Assembly (NCBI GenBank): GCA_030141605.1
Contig: JAQGDQ010000197.1
Span: forward strand, 248,001-312,000
Direction: 5' to 3'
Length of the DNA: 64,000 bases
DNA from: Tubiluchus corallicola
Taxonomy: Eukaryota; Animalia; Priapulida
Below the pieces are notes generated by a model. It saw only the letters and a list, made by a program, of their open reading frames with translations. It did not search any database and had not been told where the DNA came from. Position numbers and translations under genes: made by a program. Positions 10,850 through 25,559 of this stretch are shown in pieces (within the stretch, counting starts at the first letter, position 1; the number at the start of each line of letters is the position of its first letter).

Positions 10850-11600
10850 CCAATGGGCATAAAGGTGTGTAGATTCCGTGTAAATTGCATTGTGCAAATT
10901 ACATGTTTTTCTGAGACTGAACTAATTAGCCCTGGAGGTAATTAATTAAAAAAGTGCCAATAACATTGTGGTAACAGTGCGTCAGATCTACAAGCATCGC
11001 TCACATTTCGATTACTATGTCGCCTGAATCTCGTCCTGTTTTACGTAGTTATTAGTTAGTGGCCAAACCACAGAAAAAAAGAATGGGAATTTAAAGTATA
11101 TCCCAAAAAATGTTCCATACAAAATTATTATACTTTGCATTACGCTCATCTTTTTGAAAGACTTATGTAATTAGAAAATTCTGTTCTTGGTATTTAAAAT
11201 GTTCGCGCCAACTAGCAAAATGTCACTGATTCACCTTCCCAACGCGCACGACTGACTCACCAAAAGTATATTATTAATCATATTGACAAGGTATTGCTTG
11301 TTTATGCTTTTTGCTTAATTATTGTAGTACTCGAATGCCCTGATTATTTTTTGAAACTTTACGCAATGTTATCTAAACTTGTTTCAAACAACTTACCGCC
11401 AAGCTGCCCCTAATAGCAGTCATCGCGGGAATTTAAATTTTTACGTTTTATACAGCGTTACTAATACAGCTCTGAGTGCAATAAGACAGTACGCAGGTGA
11501 CGCAAACTTTCAGGAATTTTTTAAATTTTATGTAAGTTAGGGGTTTTCTAGCCCTTTAAATAAAAAAGAGGCTTTACGTTCAAATGGAAGATTCTTCATT
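10850..11600 (-). repeat. Unclassified dispersed repeat family G, copy 1 (inverted relative to copies 2 and 3)
   Basis: The reverse complement shares gcgtaaagtttcaaaaaataatcag, taagcaaaagcataaacaa and agtaacgctgta with 17.6-18.0 kb and 24.1-24.5 kb. Confidence 0.75.
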
Positions 11601-11939
11601 TCACAAATACTGTAGCAAAATTTGTTGAATTTTACAATTTTAATTCTTTATTAATCTTAATTTTAAGATAATTTATTACTGATGAAAAAAATCCATAATT
11701 ACTGAGTTTTTGAAATAGAACTTGTCCGAAAGAAAGAAAATACGAAAGTGTGACATTCTGAACCTCTATTAGAACTAAGGATTCTTGGATTACAAGCGAA
11801 CCATGACCACTAGATATCTCGGCTCCATTGGTTGTGGGATGTCTTAACAAGCACTAAATATTTAATAATTTTGGATTTATTTAATAATTTTACAATTTTG
11901 TTACTTTTTTATGTAGAAAGATACCACAAGCGGTCATAT

Positions 11940-13069
11940 TTAAAGGTCCTATGACACTATTTTTCATGTTATTTTTTATTTTAGCGTAAGGGGAATTGGG
12001 ATTACATATTTGCTAACGTTTAAAGCATTCCTTTTTGTTGATAACAAAAAAAACGGAACGGGTAATGTGAGACTCGAGCTCAAATTTTTTATCGCTCTTG
12101 TGCTTCACGTACCTATTTTACTATTAAATAATCCTATTCACAGCCATCTCACAGTCTCTCATAGTTTACAGAATTTAAGGCTAATGGGTACCTGCTTTAG
12201 TAGCTCTTACTCACAGCGTATTCTGCTCTTATACGTGGCTTCCTTGGATCGCTTATATACGTGCGTCTTCCCTCTTGAAAGACTTCATAGCTTGCTTGTG
12301 TGCTTCACTCTCACGTGTAGTAGTCATTACGCGGTGGTCAGATCGTCAGTAAGTGAATTTTCTTCGAGTATCATTCAGTTGATGACTGGAATGCTCTGAG
12401 CCGAGGTGCCGATGAGATATCCGCATTAAATTATGCTTTACGTGATTTGTGTATGCGATAGAGGATGCTTTCTATGTAAAAAGTGAACATACCGCTTCTC
12501 AGCCGTGCTTAATGGGAAGATGTTGCGTATTATCGTTAAATGTAAAAAAGCACGTGTTACCGTGGGATTCTGTAGCATTTTGGATTTCGCAAAGACACTA
12601 TTTCAGGTTATTTGCAATCTTCCACATTAAACGTCAAGGCTAGCAGCATGCAATGCCTTTTTATATGTTGCGCATTCGGTGTGATTTAGTTTGGATGTAA
12701 TTTCAATTATTTATGTTTCAATTGTAAGTAAGCTTCGGTTAATTGGTTGGACAGATGGTTTTGAGGACAACATTTACGGATACCTCATGTTGTACTCTTT
12801 AGCAATAATCTTCTATGTACAGATTGATAAGCAATAGTAAGTCATATTTAATAGCGTGAAATTGTCCAAAGTACAAACGTACATTTTAGTAAATTGACCG
12901 GGTTTTCTTATAGTTTTAGTCGCTTGTATATTAGTGTTTCTTTTCGCTTTAATAAAAAATTCGAAATTTTCTCATTAAATCTAGTCTATATTTGTTTTGC
13001 ACTGACAGGTCGTACCTTCTGAAAAATGGAAAATAATGAAGATAGGTACAAGGTGCAAGATACCTTTAG
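11940..13069. mobile_element. Possible old Kolobok-like non-autonomous element
   Basis: Left end ttaa-aggtcctatgacac and right end gtgcaagatacct-ttag form an imperfect TIR with a TTAA-like site; no second copy in the window. Confidence 0.33.
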
Positions 13070-13350
13070 AACTTTCAAAATCCCTAGATGACAACGTACT
13101 GTATTTAAGTTTCCCTCATACAAACCTTCGGTTACCTGCTTAACAGAGCTACGATAAGTTCTTGACAGAATAAAATTTCTGCGTGTAGTATTTCTCCAAC
13201 TTGAGTTTGAGACTTTATTTCTATAATAAAATGGCAGGATTGCCCTTTTATTTTAACCATTAAAAGATGTATCAAGTATTCATTGATGATTGATATCTCT
13301 TTTAGTGGTTAAAATGATTGATATCTCTTTTAATGGGTTGAAGGTTACAC

Positions 13351-13706
13351 TTAAAGGAAAAGGCAAGTCACTTAGCAAGTTGGGTTTATTTTACTGTTAT
13401 CACTACTTAGAAAAATATAACAAAGACATTTGCAAAAAAACTGAATGCATAAAGTTAATTCAATAATTTACTGATTTTTGTAAAAACTTGTTATACTTTT
13501 GAGGGAAATTAACAGTACACTGCTATTTTTCGGCCGATGTACGATGTCATTGGTGGAATAATGAGAGCCCAAAATAGGAGTGTGAAATGATGGCGACTTT
13601 AAAGTGATTTTACCAAGCAAACGAGGTGCTCATCGCACTTTTATTACTAAATCTTTCTAACGTTGAAGTAAGCTTAAGTTCCCGAAAGGTTTGCCCTTTC
13701 CTTTAA
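13351..13706 (-). mobile_element. Kolobok/T2-like MITE, copy A
   Basis: TTAA-AGGAAAAGGCAA...TTGCCCTTTCCT-TTAA termini; the body is the reverse complement of copies at 22627 and 41631. Confidence 0.85.
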
Positions 13707-14156
13707 TAGGATATTAACAAATTTAAGTTAGAGATGTGGTTAAGTGAGTTCCATTATAAAAAATAACTTTAATATTGTTGCTGCTAAACTCATTTTTGTT
13801 ATTTAAAACTTTGAAACGTATTTGGCTAAAACTGGTTAACTAACTGAAAAATATAAAGTCGGTAGCACTAGCCGCATTAGCTGACACACGCGGGAATAGG
13901 GTGATAATTTTCACACATTACACGTGAGTACCGTTCGTTATTGACGTTAATGCTTATAGCTTCATCCACTTGGCTTCCGCCATATTCTTACGTAGCTCGC
14001 GGAAAGGGTCCACTCTTGTAAAATCGTTACTTTTTTCCAAGGGCGTATCAAGTATTAACACTACTTGAAAAATTGCGCGCCATTGTTAATTATTAGCAGG
14101 TGGGGAGCTGGGTGGTCGTGTGGAATGGTAATGAAAAGTGTAGGCGTCATTACACA

Positions 14157-14267
<111 letters not shown>

Positions 14268-15439
14268 AAAGGAAGAAGGGAAGGAGGCAGGGACAGCGAG
14301 AGGAGAGAGAGAGGGGGGGGCGCATGTCAAACCTCTTTATACCGCCTACTTTGGGACTGCAAAAAAGTTGATGTTATAGCTATACGTTCTCTAGTAAAAG
14401 AAAACACGCGAACACCCCAAAGCCAATGTCATAATAAGTCAGTTTGCTTAATACTGGGTCTTGCTTTTTTATTAAATAATGAAATGTGAAGGGTTTTCTC
14501 GCAGAACGTATTGGACGTTTTGCATGTTTTTGAAACAGAAATCCGACCAAATCTGTAAGAGGGACCTGTGCATTGACTAGTTAGCATTAGTTGGCACCGC
14601 CGATGAAGAACAAAAATTCATTGGTGATGACCAAAAAAAGCTTTTTACAAAATATTCTTCTACATAATTATTATTATGAATACTCTTGTGACTGAGTTAA
14701 TCTTTAAATTGAATTAAGTGCATGGCTGCACAACAGCAGAAAAAATGTCAAAATGTGTGTATTTTAAAATTGTCAAGCATCGTCACTTTAACACTTTATA
14801 AAACTGAAAGAAACATTTATTGATCATATTAATCGGTTGGTTTTCTCGCCTTTGAACTTTACTGTATGCATGTCCATGAGTGCTTTTTACATCAACATTC
14901 TTCACATTATCCAAATCCTTTATCAAAAAGACCCGCTTATTTTTTATGTTGCCTTCAAGATTTATAATACGTGTTTATGTTACAGGCAAAGTGTGTTTGT
15001 GAACCAAAACAAATCAAGTAAAGTATCTAAAGTAATATCTTATTCACTTTCCTTAGACATTATATATAATACAAAAGTTTGTTTAGACAAAGTACTTAAT
15101 TCTTAGGTAATTAATAACTTAGCGACAATTTTATACAATTTAGCTAATAGTACCTGTGCGCTACGTCAGAAATTTAGGGTTAGCTCGATTTTTGTGCTGA
15201 AGTCAATTTGGGGATGCTGAATTCAATTTGATATGTGCCATTTTTTGTGTACATATTCGGCTGCCATTTTTGATTTCAAATAAGTAACCATGAATTTGAA
15301 ATAAGTCGGGTTTCAGCGTGCTTGCAAATTTTTTATAGTAAGGAATTTTCAGAATTGTTCCTTTTTTGCGATGCTGCTGGTCAGTTAAAAGACTAATTCT
15401 TGTACATAAAATATGCGGTGACACAGACGGCATTCAAGG

Positions 15440-15870
15440 CTTTTCAAGCGCTCATTTGAGCTTGTCGAATCTCGACTTTGCACTGCGTTCTTTGCTCTTT
15501 CAAGGCGGGTATGCTGGTAACGTACTAGACACAGTTGAAGATCAGGACGGATGGGTGGCTTTGCTGACGGAACAGTTCAAGCTTTTTGATGCGTTGGTAA
15601 TATAGCGTCCTAGTTTTGCAGCCATAGAAATTCGAGCAAGAATGAGGTGACGTTATTTTAACACAGCTGTCTCATTTTCAGTTTTAGATCTTTGCTTCAA
15701 AGGTTCGTTCAGTAAGTTTTCCAAAAATCACATGAGCTGCTCCAATTCGATGTTCCAAACCTTTTTCAGAAGTGCTTTTGTTGGAGAGTAGCCTTTCTTT
15801 CTAAGTATTAGAACTGGTCCGTCCACCTGATTCAGCAGCATGTCAGAGATGGTGACGTTGCATCCATTGC
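15440..15870 (-). mobile_element. RTE-clade LINE fragment, decayed
   Basis: Minus-strand broken frames LNQVD, EHRIGAAHVIFGKLTERTF, FYGCKTRTLY and RIKKLELF match the post-RT region of RTE ORF2. Confidence 0.75.
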
Positions 15871-16448
15871 TCAAAAAGCAATTAACTCACCGGTTTACTT
15901 GAGCTGCTTGCTTAGTTTAGTATATTGACTAAGCCGTTTTGTATTATACAACGCTTAGGCAATGTATAAAATAAATCTAGAAAAAGTTCGATTCAGCACA
16001 AATTACGTTCATTTTATACTTTGCCAAAGTCACTTTACGTATTCTATATAGTCATTATACAAAACGTCGACTATTTAAAGAGTGAAAGAGTCGCAACAAC
16101 AACAATTATTTCACAATTTTCTTAAAATGCATAGGCATTGTATGAAACGGGCGTGAATTGAATAAAATGTCTAAATTTTGCACATTGCCTGTAACATATG
16201 TATGTTATATTCAAATATATATAGATGAATTAAGGACCTTAACTGGTGAATTTTCTACAGGCTTTCATAATATTTTCTTAAATTCTAAATAACTGATATT
16301 TCTGTATAAAATAGAAGGTGTACAAAGTTACAACTATAATATGTAGAAAGTTCGTATGACAATGTATCCAGGTCCGCATTGTTATAAGACACTAGAATAG
16401 AAAATTCTAAGATGTTTTATCACGATTGCCTCAGGACCTGAAAGCGTT

Positions 16449-16590
16449 ATGTTGTTGTCGTTATCGTCGTCCTCGTCGTTGTTGTTGTCATTGTTGCTGT
16501 TTGTGTTGTTGTTGTTGTTGTTGTCATCGTTGTCTTCGTCGTCGCTGGTGGTAGTGGCGGCGGTGGTGGTGGTTTTGTGGTGTTGATGAT
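16449..16590. repeat. Compound (GTT/GTC/GGT)n microsatellite
   Basis: Degenerate trinucleotide tract. Confidence 0.9.
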
Positions 16591-17499
16591 AGTGTTTAAT
16601 GGTTGTTGTAACACCACCAAGCAGCGAATTTTCTGTTACTGTTATTATTAATTTATGAGGTGAAATGCAGATGAATTGTACGAGCCAGTGTATATAATCA
16701 AAAACTTAATGCACAAATGCAATTAGGACTGTAGTTAATCTTCATTTATCTGTCAGCTCCAGTCCTATAAGTGTCCTGCTGTCTTTCTGAATTTTAAATT
16801 CGTGTAATTTATGCATGTCAGTAAAACATTCAAGCTCATTTCTACCCATTGCGAAGTTATTAAATTATTAAATAAGGTTTTAAGTGACACCTTTACGAAG
16901 CTACTGATATGTTATTGCATCATCGTCCCTGATTCACACTTTAGATTAGGTAGTTTTGCACAGTTGTTTACAGTATGCAAAATTATGTCGCAGGTAAGGA
17001 GTCGGCCTCCATAGTATTAACTAGTACAACAGTTCTGAAAGACTGAAACTGTCTGGAAGTGCAGAAATTGGGTTCAAAATTCTTGTGATTGTTTTTAAAA
17101 TAATAATTAAAGTACTTGCTTACTTGCTTGACATGTTGCAACCTGCTCTCGAACGAATCAGACGAATAGTTTTAAGATTGTTCGGCTTTGTCAGAGATCT
17201 GCTTCCCACTGAGCGCATTCTAGTTTTATTATAGAAATCAATTGCATAAAAAAAACATATGAACAATTTTTTTCATACATTTCCATGTGCGTCATTTTTT
17301 CTTGTGTCATTTTTACCGCGCACCCTTGCTCTCATATCACCGTATAGTCTTAGATCTAACAAGGATCACTTATTGTCTGTTTTTATAGTAGTAGAGCCCA
17401 GGTAGAAGGGCGTTCGCTATTTCTGGTCCGAAACTAAAACTCGCATTACTACCCGAATGTTTATGCTTCTACTGCTTACTAGAAAATCAGGACCATTGC

Positions 17500-18220
17500 T
17501 GACGAAGAAAGGTCAGACATAATTTGTTTTAAAGAACGAGAAACCAGTATTCATATGTAAAGCTTAAGTTTGTCTTGAAATTTTGCATCACATCACGACT
17601 GCCTCACAGCGTACAGGCTCTGTATTAACAGTAACGCTGTACAAAACTCGTTAATTGAAACTCCTGCGCTGACCGTTTTAACGGGCCAATCGGAAGAAAT
17701 TAAAACAAGTTCAAATAACATAGCGTAAAGTTTGAAAAATAATCAGGCCATTAACAGCTCGCACTTCGCTAACTAAGCAAAAGCATAAACAACTTTATCT
17801 TGTCAATAAGACTGATGATATGTTTACTCGTGACCCTGCGACGTTTTCTGGTGTACACCGCTATCAGTTTATCAGTTAGCGCAAAAATTTTAAATTACTA
17901 AAAATTTTCTTTCTAGTTACACAAGTCTTTGAAACAGGTAAGTGTAATGCTGAGTAATGTAACTTCATATGAAAAAATATTAAGACATTAAAATTTCCCT
18001 TTCGTCTTTAAGACCATATTTGTTTTAGCTAAACACTATCTTGTCGCGCTCACTAATTAACTTTAATTGCTGATAATTGGCTTGCGTTAATTGAGAATAT
18101 GAGTTCAAGTTCACTGATGCATGCTCATTTGCAGTTGGCGTTCGCATCACTTGATTAAAACACTTAAGTGTCCTCCAGACAAAATGTCAAGTGCTTTTGC
18201 TCATCTTTTTCCCATGGGAA
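17500..18220 (+). repeat. Dispersed repeat family G, copy 2
   Basis: Shares ttctagttacacaagtcttt and gcgtaaagtttga with copy 3 and inverted copy 1. Confidence 0.75.
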
Positions 18221-21200
18221 ATTCTGCAGGCTCCGTTGCGGAAGACAGAGTCATTTCTCTTCTTGCCTCATTCCGAATACATTTCTGTTAGGCCATAACC
18301 ATCTGTCATTCCAGTTTTGTATAGCAGTACTTAATGACATCGGTAACACATACGGTAAACGGGCAGAAAGGGAAGAAATTATAAAAAACGTGCAAGTATG
18401 TATTGCGGGTCACAATCTGCACAATCTTGTGAACTAGTGGTTCAGTTTGAGAGTAAAGTTAAATATCGTTGACCTAGGTTGTTATTAGGACAGATAATTT
18501 TGCGGTTGACAAAACTTTCCACATCATTGTATAAACTGCGTCCAATATAAGGACTTTCTAAATCCGTCTAGGAGCTAAGTCACCTGGACTTCGATGAATT
18601 TCTCGGCGTACTCGAAAGCATTCAAACGTGTTCAATTTAACTCAATATGGCAGATGGTTTGTGAGAGAAATATTGTGAAAATGTAAAGCTTTGGCTGCAA
18701 TATGTTAGGCCAGACAAGCAAATACCACGTAAAAGAAAAACCATAATAAAAATAAGCACGGCAAAACGACTGCAGACTTTATTGGTTAATTTCGGCTAGT
18801 GTCATTGACTTGGAACTGTTTCTTCCCTTTCTTTGCACAATAAACTGAGAACACTCAAGATAATTACATGCTGCTGATACGCTGTATATAATAAATTCCC
18901 ACATTGTCGCAAAAATCGAGATCGTTGATAAATCCCAATCATCTTTCAAGCCGCGGTCTAGAATTCACGCCTTGCTGGAAAGAACTATCAGAGATAAATG
19001 CAGATGCACCTTTTATGGATTACGATTTATCGCGCTTTTTAAGAGCGTTCTGAGCTGGTCGATTGCGTTTTTGTTTGCGTTTTGTGTCTCTGTTAGGAAA
19101 CATTTACAGAATTGCGTTTTTTTAGAACGGCTCCTACGCTGTTATGCAGCCTTGCAAGCCTGAGTGAACCTGTAGTATTGAAGCGTTTAAGTTATAGGGA
19201 TGCAGGTGCTAAAATGCAGCAATGCAGCCATATGCATCTTTAAATAATCTCACATATAGCCCATCGATGTCTCATGTATAGAAGCTGCTCATTGTTCTAG
19301 TTTTGAACTGTTTTTTCAGTGGCTGTTTGCATACAATGAAATCAGTAATTGCTTCAGTATCAGTTTTCCATCAACGTAAATTTTTCCATCAATGTACAAC
19401 AAAAAAGACACGTTAACATCGTGGAGTCCTGACAGAGGCCTTGCCTGTATGTAGTCTTTAAACTGCTCTGTGACTGCAACGTGTAGATTACCTGGAAGAC
19501 TTGTTATTACAACTGTTATTTATTGGGTACTTATGCTGAACATGGAGACACACTCATGTTATAGAGATTATAACTTAATATATTTAACAGTTTGCTAAAT
19601 GCTAAGTCTTTGAAGATTCGTTGGTTTGTAGTTTGAAACCACTACTTGAAGCCCGTTAACGCACGAATATATAAATTGACACAAAAGCATCTCGTTGTCA
19701 ATAGTTTACATGTAACAGGACTGAGCACTTGTTCCCGGAAATTTTTAGTTTAAATAAAAACTAGTTTTTCTTTGCCTTTAATTCTTTGTACTTCAATGCT
19801 TTGTTATGGTTATTAGCGACTGAATTTGGCTGTAGGACTTGGCAAGTAAGCATTGCGCTCTTTCGGCGATGTCGATGACAGCGACAGCATATTGTTCTAC
19901 AAACACCAATGGTCGCCTGCTCAATGCTTTCTTTTTAACTAAGACTCCCAGCTGTTTGTCTAGCAGTCGATTGTTTGTTAAACAGACCGTTCTCAAGGTT
20001 AACAGGCCTAAAGTAGAAACAATGGCCTTAATGTTGCGTGCTGCAGTGTCAAAAATTACCCATGCAACGGCAAGCCGTCATTCATATGTCATCACCACCT
20101 CGCGGGCACCATTTTGACTGATCATTTTGCAGCCTTATGACGCAGAACGCACGACCTTTAAATGTCGGTTTACGATCTGGCAATCTTGTTTAGACCTACA
20201 ATATTTGCTTGGCTATTAAATCTGTGCTCATCAGCTAACTGTCAGCGCACTGTCATTTACTGCATTTAGTGTCCTCTAGTTTATTGAGCCGAGTCACTTT
20301 CAGGAGTCATTCTCAGTCACATCAATGTGGCGGTCTTTCCTAATGCAATTATTACAAATTCTTAATGACAATTACATCCGTAGTATTTCGGCAGAATTAC
20401 GGGGCAACGTTCGGAGAGTTTTAGGGCAGAAACCACTTTGGGTTCCTTATTCTTTGACTACCTGCTCATAGAAAGATTTTTGTACACAGTGAAACAAATG
20501 GTATCAAAGAAAATCTTGTTTGTTATTGCCAGAACAGCGCAACTGGTACGTGCAAGATACAAGTTGCAAATTTCTGAAATGTTATTGCAATAATTTCGTT
20601 ACTTGGGCGGGGCCTTTTCATAGGCCCAGCAGAGAAATAAGCATACAAGCGCAAGCTCTTACAGACAAGAACCTTTTGGTACCGTAAGTAAAAGAATCAG
20701 CCATAGGCTTCCTTTCTGAATACGTTATAGCGAATAAGTGCTTAACCCCAACTAACTATATTCTCAAAGTGTTGCATGAAGCAAGAGATACACGTATATG
20801 ACTTCTGAAAACACGGTGCCATTCAGGAAAACGTTCTCCCAAATTAACTCAAAAACCCTTATCCTTGTGAAAGAATTTGTAAAACAGAGAATCACATCAC
20901 CGTGTAGCCCAGTTTCTTCTTGTTCCGTAGATTTGCAACTTTCACTCCAAGATTCCATCAAGCGCTGGTAGGATTTTTTTTCTATGTTTTTTTTCGGGTA
21001 ATGTAAAATTTTAGAGCTTTTCTACCAACCGTGTACAAAAATGCTCTAATGGTGGAGGTGTTGGGCAAAAATTTGTAGCTCATTGGGAAGTGGAGAAACA
21101 AGACCACTCAATGACGTGCGTCTCTTTTACAAATGTCTCTACCAGGATAAAAGCCTTGAGGGAACGTTTTTTATGGGCGACCATGTATGAAACGTAAAGC

Positions 21201-21418
21201 CTTTCGCTCTACTTCGCCAATAATTCGCATGTGCACTATTTTCAGTGTTATTAGTATGATTCTAGTGAGCTTTTGCTGATTCAGTTTGCAATTGTTATTC
21301 CCATAGGTTAGGGAGTTTGATTTGCAGAAAATTTGGTCAGCGCTATTAGAGTGAGATTTCCTCGAGAGGTTATTAGTGATTATTTCACTGTAGAGTGTTG
21401 TTAATTTAGTTTGAAATG

Positions 21419-21823
<405 letters not shown>

Positions 21824-22626
21824 GATTTCACTCTCATTCTCTCTCTCTTTCACTCACTCTCTTTCTCCGTGGATAACGAAAAAGAAAGACAGAACAATCA
21901 CTGATGCCTTTTATTATGAATTCTTTTTTAATGTAGATAACGCTTTAACCAACAACTACAAAACTTTAATTAAAAATTCATTTCTTTAATTAAAAAATGT
22001 ATTTATTTGGAGAAACTGCTGTTCTTAAAATAGTAATGTCTAGTTTGCATATTGAATGATAGGTAGGAGTTACTCTAAGCAATATGTTTAATTATGTTTT
22101 CTACTAACACGAAGATTTGACGTGTAAAGTAAACGCATATTATTCTGTTATAATTTATCTAATGGAAAATTTGTCACTATCACCACTCTAGCTTTTTTGT
22201 TTTCCCGTACTTTTTTGCTTTTTTTGTGTGCATTTTATTTATCTTTTATTTAAATATCAATTCTATCATATTTTAGGACCGGTATGTAAAGCGACAGCTG
22301 ATTCGTTAAATCTCATTTAACCTAATTGTAAGGCGAAATTTATATAACTGTTGCGAATGTCTTTTGCCCGTTTGTTTGCTGGAGATATCAGAACTAAGGA
22401 ATCTCATTGCTGCTATACTTCGTTATTGAATTTATATATGTATAGCTTCCGGGTTTTATATTAGGCTTATTATGCCTACAATACAAACATTTAAAAATTA
22501 ATTCACGTGCTTCTTCACTGATTGATGTCAACAAAGTCTATTCACATTTTACTGCATAATTAATAAGGCGACACGATGTTTATCTTGAAATCATTTTCAG
22601 AATGCTCATGACTAATAATCTGTTAA

Positions 22627-23016
22627 TTGAAGGCAAGGTTATGACTTCTGAGAAGGTTTATTTCAACGTTCATGAAAATTGTTAGAAGGATTTAGAAATA
22701 AAAATCTGCTAAGCGCCTCCTGCAATTAGGAAAACTCACTTTAAAGTCGCGATTATTTCATACTTGGGGGCCTCCACTTTGGAAGCACATTATTCCACCG
22801 GTGACGTGGTTCATCAACTGAAAAAAAATTGAAAAAAAATTCAATTTTTTCAAGTGAATAGCGGCTGAAAATTTCTAAAATATGTTTCAACGATAGTAAC
22901 AATTAACTTTATGCGTTATGGATTTTTTTTGCAAATTTGTTTGTTGCATTTTTCTAAATTTAACTGTTAACAGTAAAACAAACCGAACATGCTGAATGAC
23001 TTGTCTTTTCCTTTAA
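22627..23016 (+). mobile_element. Kolobok/T2-like MITE, copy B
   Basis: ttga-aggcaaggtt...cttttcct-ttaa; the body aligns with copy C (tgttagaa.gatttag.aataaaa, taagcgcctc, tcactttaaagtcg). Confidence 0.82.
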
Positions 23017-23949
23017 GTCTGTTGAATTTAGCTTTCCATACAGATTTCATATTAATATCTTTACTAATGAACTATTAGCGGCAGTAAGGGGAGAATTAAT
23101 TCTTCTTGTGTAAAATACGAACTCCTGTTAGCAGTTAGTAATAAGAATATAAAACTGGGCTTCCTCACAGAGCGGTTAGATTAGTTATAATCTTACGCGT
23201 TGGCCTTTTCCCTATTAATTTGGAAATAGCAATCAGTGTTATATTTGCCAAGCGTTTCGATTAGTGTGGGTTTTGTCCACTCTGTACAGAGACCGCACTT
23301 ACTTCGAGGCGTGCAGCTGTAGGACGCATTGATTTGCAAATATTGCAAAATACTCGTGTGCTAGAGAGTAATAGCTAATGTAAGCGTGCTTACTTAATTC
23401 CACACAACAACGACTTCGAAAACTCTTACGGCCGAGGCTTGGAGAGATTTCGTTTGTGGTTTGCAAAATCAATTATGATCGAACGGACATGTTTACATTG
23501 AGTATAGGTGTAGAACTCGAAAATTCTTGGCATTGCTTAGGCTGATTTTACTAGAAGTAATTGTTCAAAACGTAATTACTTGTAGTCGCATTCTTTTTGC
23601 GAGGTTTTTCACGTGAGTTCAATTGTTTAACTTTTATTCATTTACAGCTTTGTACTATGTAGGTTTCCTTCGGATAATTACTTTGCCGTGCGGTACTGAG
23701 TCTTGTATTTCATTCAGATTACATGATAGTTATCAGTTGGAATTTAGCAGTTTATTAGTCAGTCAGTGCATATTAGCAGCTAATATACATCAGTCAGTCT
23801 ATTTAATTATATATAACCATAATACAATTAATAATGTAAAATTAATATAGTATCAATCACAAGTATTACCACTATACATATCAAAAACGCCGTAGACAAA
23901 ACTTGAATGAAAAGGAGGTCTCCTTATCTGTTCTTATGTGTTTAGGCCT

Positions 23950-24520
23950 CAGACATACGATCAACGGAAAAAAATGTGGAGCACCTATAAATTCTGAATA
24001 AGCCCTCCCTGGGTGGATTGGTTAAAGTACAAAAACACTCTTCATAAATAAAGCTTAAAAATCGTCTAGAAATTTGACATCACTTACATGTTGTCTTATT
24101 GCATACAGGGCTTGCATTAGCAGTAACGTTGTATAAGTTTGTAAATTTGAACTCCCGTGCTAACAATTAGGCTAAGTCATTTTGACGGTAGCTATTTGAA
24201 ATAAGTTTAGATAACAATGCGTAAAGTTTGACAATATAATCAGAGCATTCGTGGCTAATTAAGCAAAAGTTAAAATTACTCTGTAAGATCAATAAAGTTT
24301 TTTTTGAATCAGTGGTACACACCGGGATGGTGATTCAGTGTCGTTTTACCAGATGGTGCGAATATTTAAGAATTTATTTATTATTATTATTATTCTTAGA
24401 TATTATTAAGAATTTTGTTTCTAGTTACACAAGTCTTTCAAACAGAAAGCGTAATGCTAACAAATATAACTTTATATAGAAAGTTTTTTGAGATATATTG
24501 TGAAATTCACTTTTTTCCGT
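23950..24520 (+). repeat. Dispersed repeat family G, copy 3 (truncated on the right)
   Basis: Aligns with 17550-18000. Confidence 0.72.
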
Positions 24521-25559
24521 AATTTGATTAAAAATGTGAACACCAACGATGTATAAAATGTGATGCCGACTTTAATCGATACGTTTCCCCTGTGCAGTCA
24601 GTCATCTTAAATGTGCAAACCTACAATAACAAAACAATTTGGATCTTGTAACAAAGTAGTTAACCACTTAACAGAAAAAAAATACAAAAAATCCACCCCG
24701 GTGGGTCTTTTTGTCATTTTTCCCGTAAAAACGTGGATTACATGGATTAATAATATTCGAGTAGTTAACTTGACATTAAACATGATTTACTGTAAAACTA
24801 AGAAAACTAAACATCATTTTTATACACTTGTGAAATGTTGAAAAATAATTCAAAATTTGAAATAAAAAGCAGGGATTGCATGAAATAAGAACAACAAGAA
24901 CGAAACCAAAATATTGTAACAGTATATCATAATAGATTCAGGTTGACCTGTAATTCACCAGAATGTCTAAAGTTGCAAATGGTCAGCGAACAGAGTGCAG
25001 CTTGTAAGCCCTGACGATAGTAATAAAACATTCTTTCCAATAAGCTAATCTACCAGGATCTCATTTAGATCTTTATTATGCAAACATTCTCAATCTGGCA
25101 AGCAAATGAAAAGCTTTAATAAAGAGGTGCGTAACGTTCGGTAAAGCAGAGGTAAACTGCAGATCCATCGCTTACACCTGCAGTAAACGTGGTAGGCTAT
25201 AGAAGATTATGACATTGCAATGGTATTTTGGTACTGTGCAGAAGTAGTCAAGATTTTAATTCTTTTCTAAAGAACCTGTGAGCCTAGCTAAATGGTATTT
25301 GTTAGAAATGTATATTAATTGATATTAAATATTTGCATGCATCTTTGTGTACATCTTTGTGTGCATTTTTGTGTTTGACAATAGGGGCGTACATGCAGTC
25401 AGGCTTTACAATACAGCCTCACAACTCCGACCCTCACTAATCACTTAATTAGAAACTGAATATTGTTCCGGTAAGCAACTGGCCCATATCAGTACTGGTA
25501 CAGCATGGACAGGAATATAACATACTACTACTACTAGTAGTAGTGCAAATATCTAACAC

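Noticed and set aside
17285-17325. Mutator-like terminus with repeated gtcattttt motifs
   Set aside because: No matching opposite end found in the window.
19793-20117. Overlapping short ORFs in GC-balanced sequence
   Set aside because: No recognisable domain, splice structure or repeat partner.
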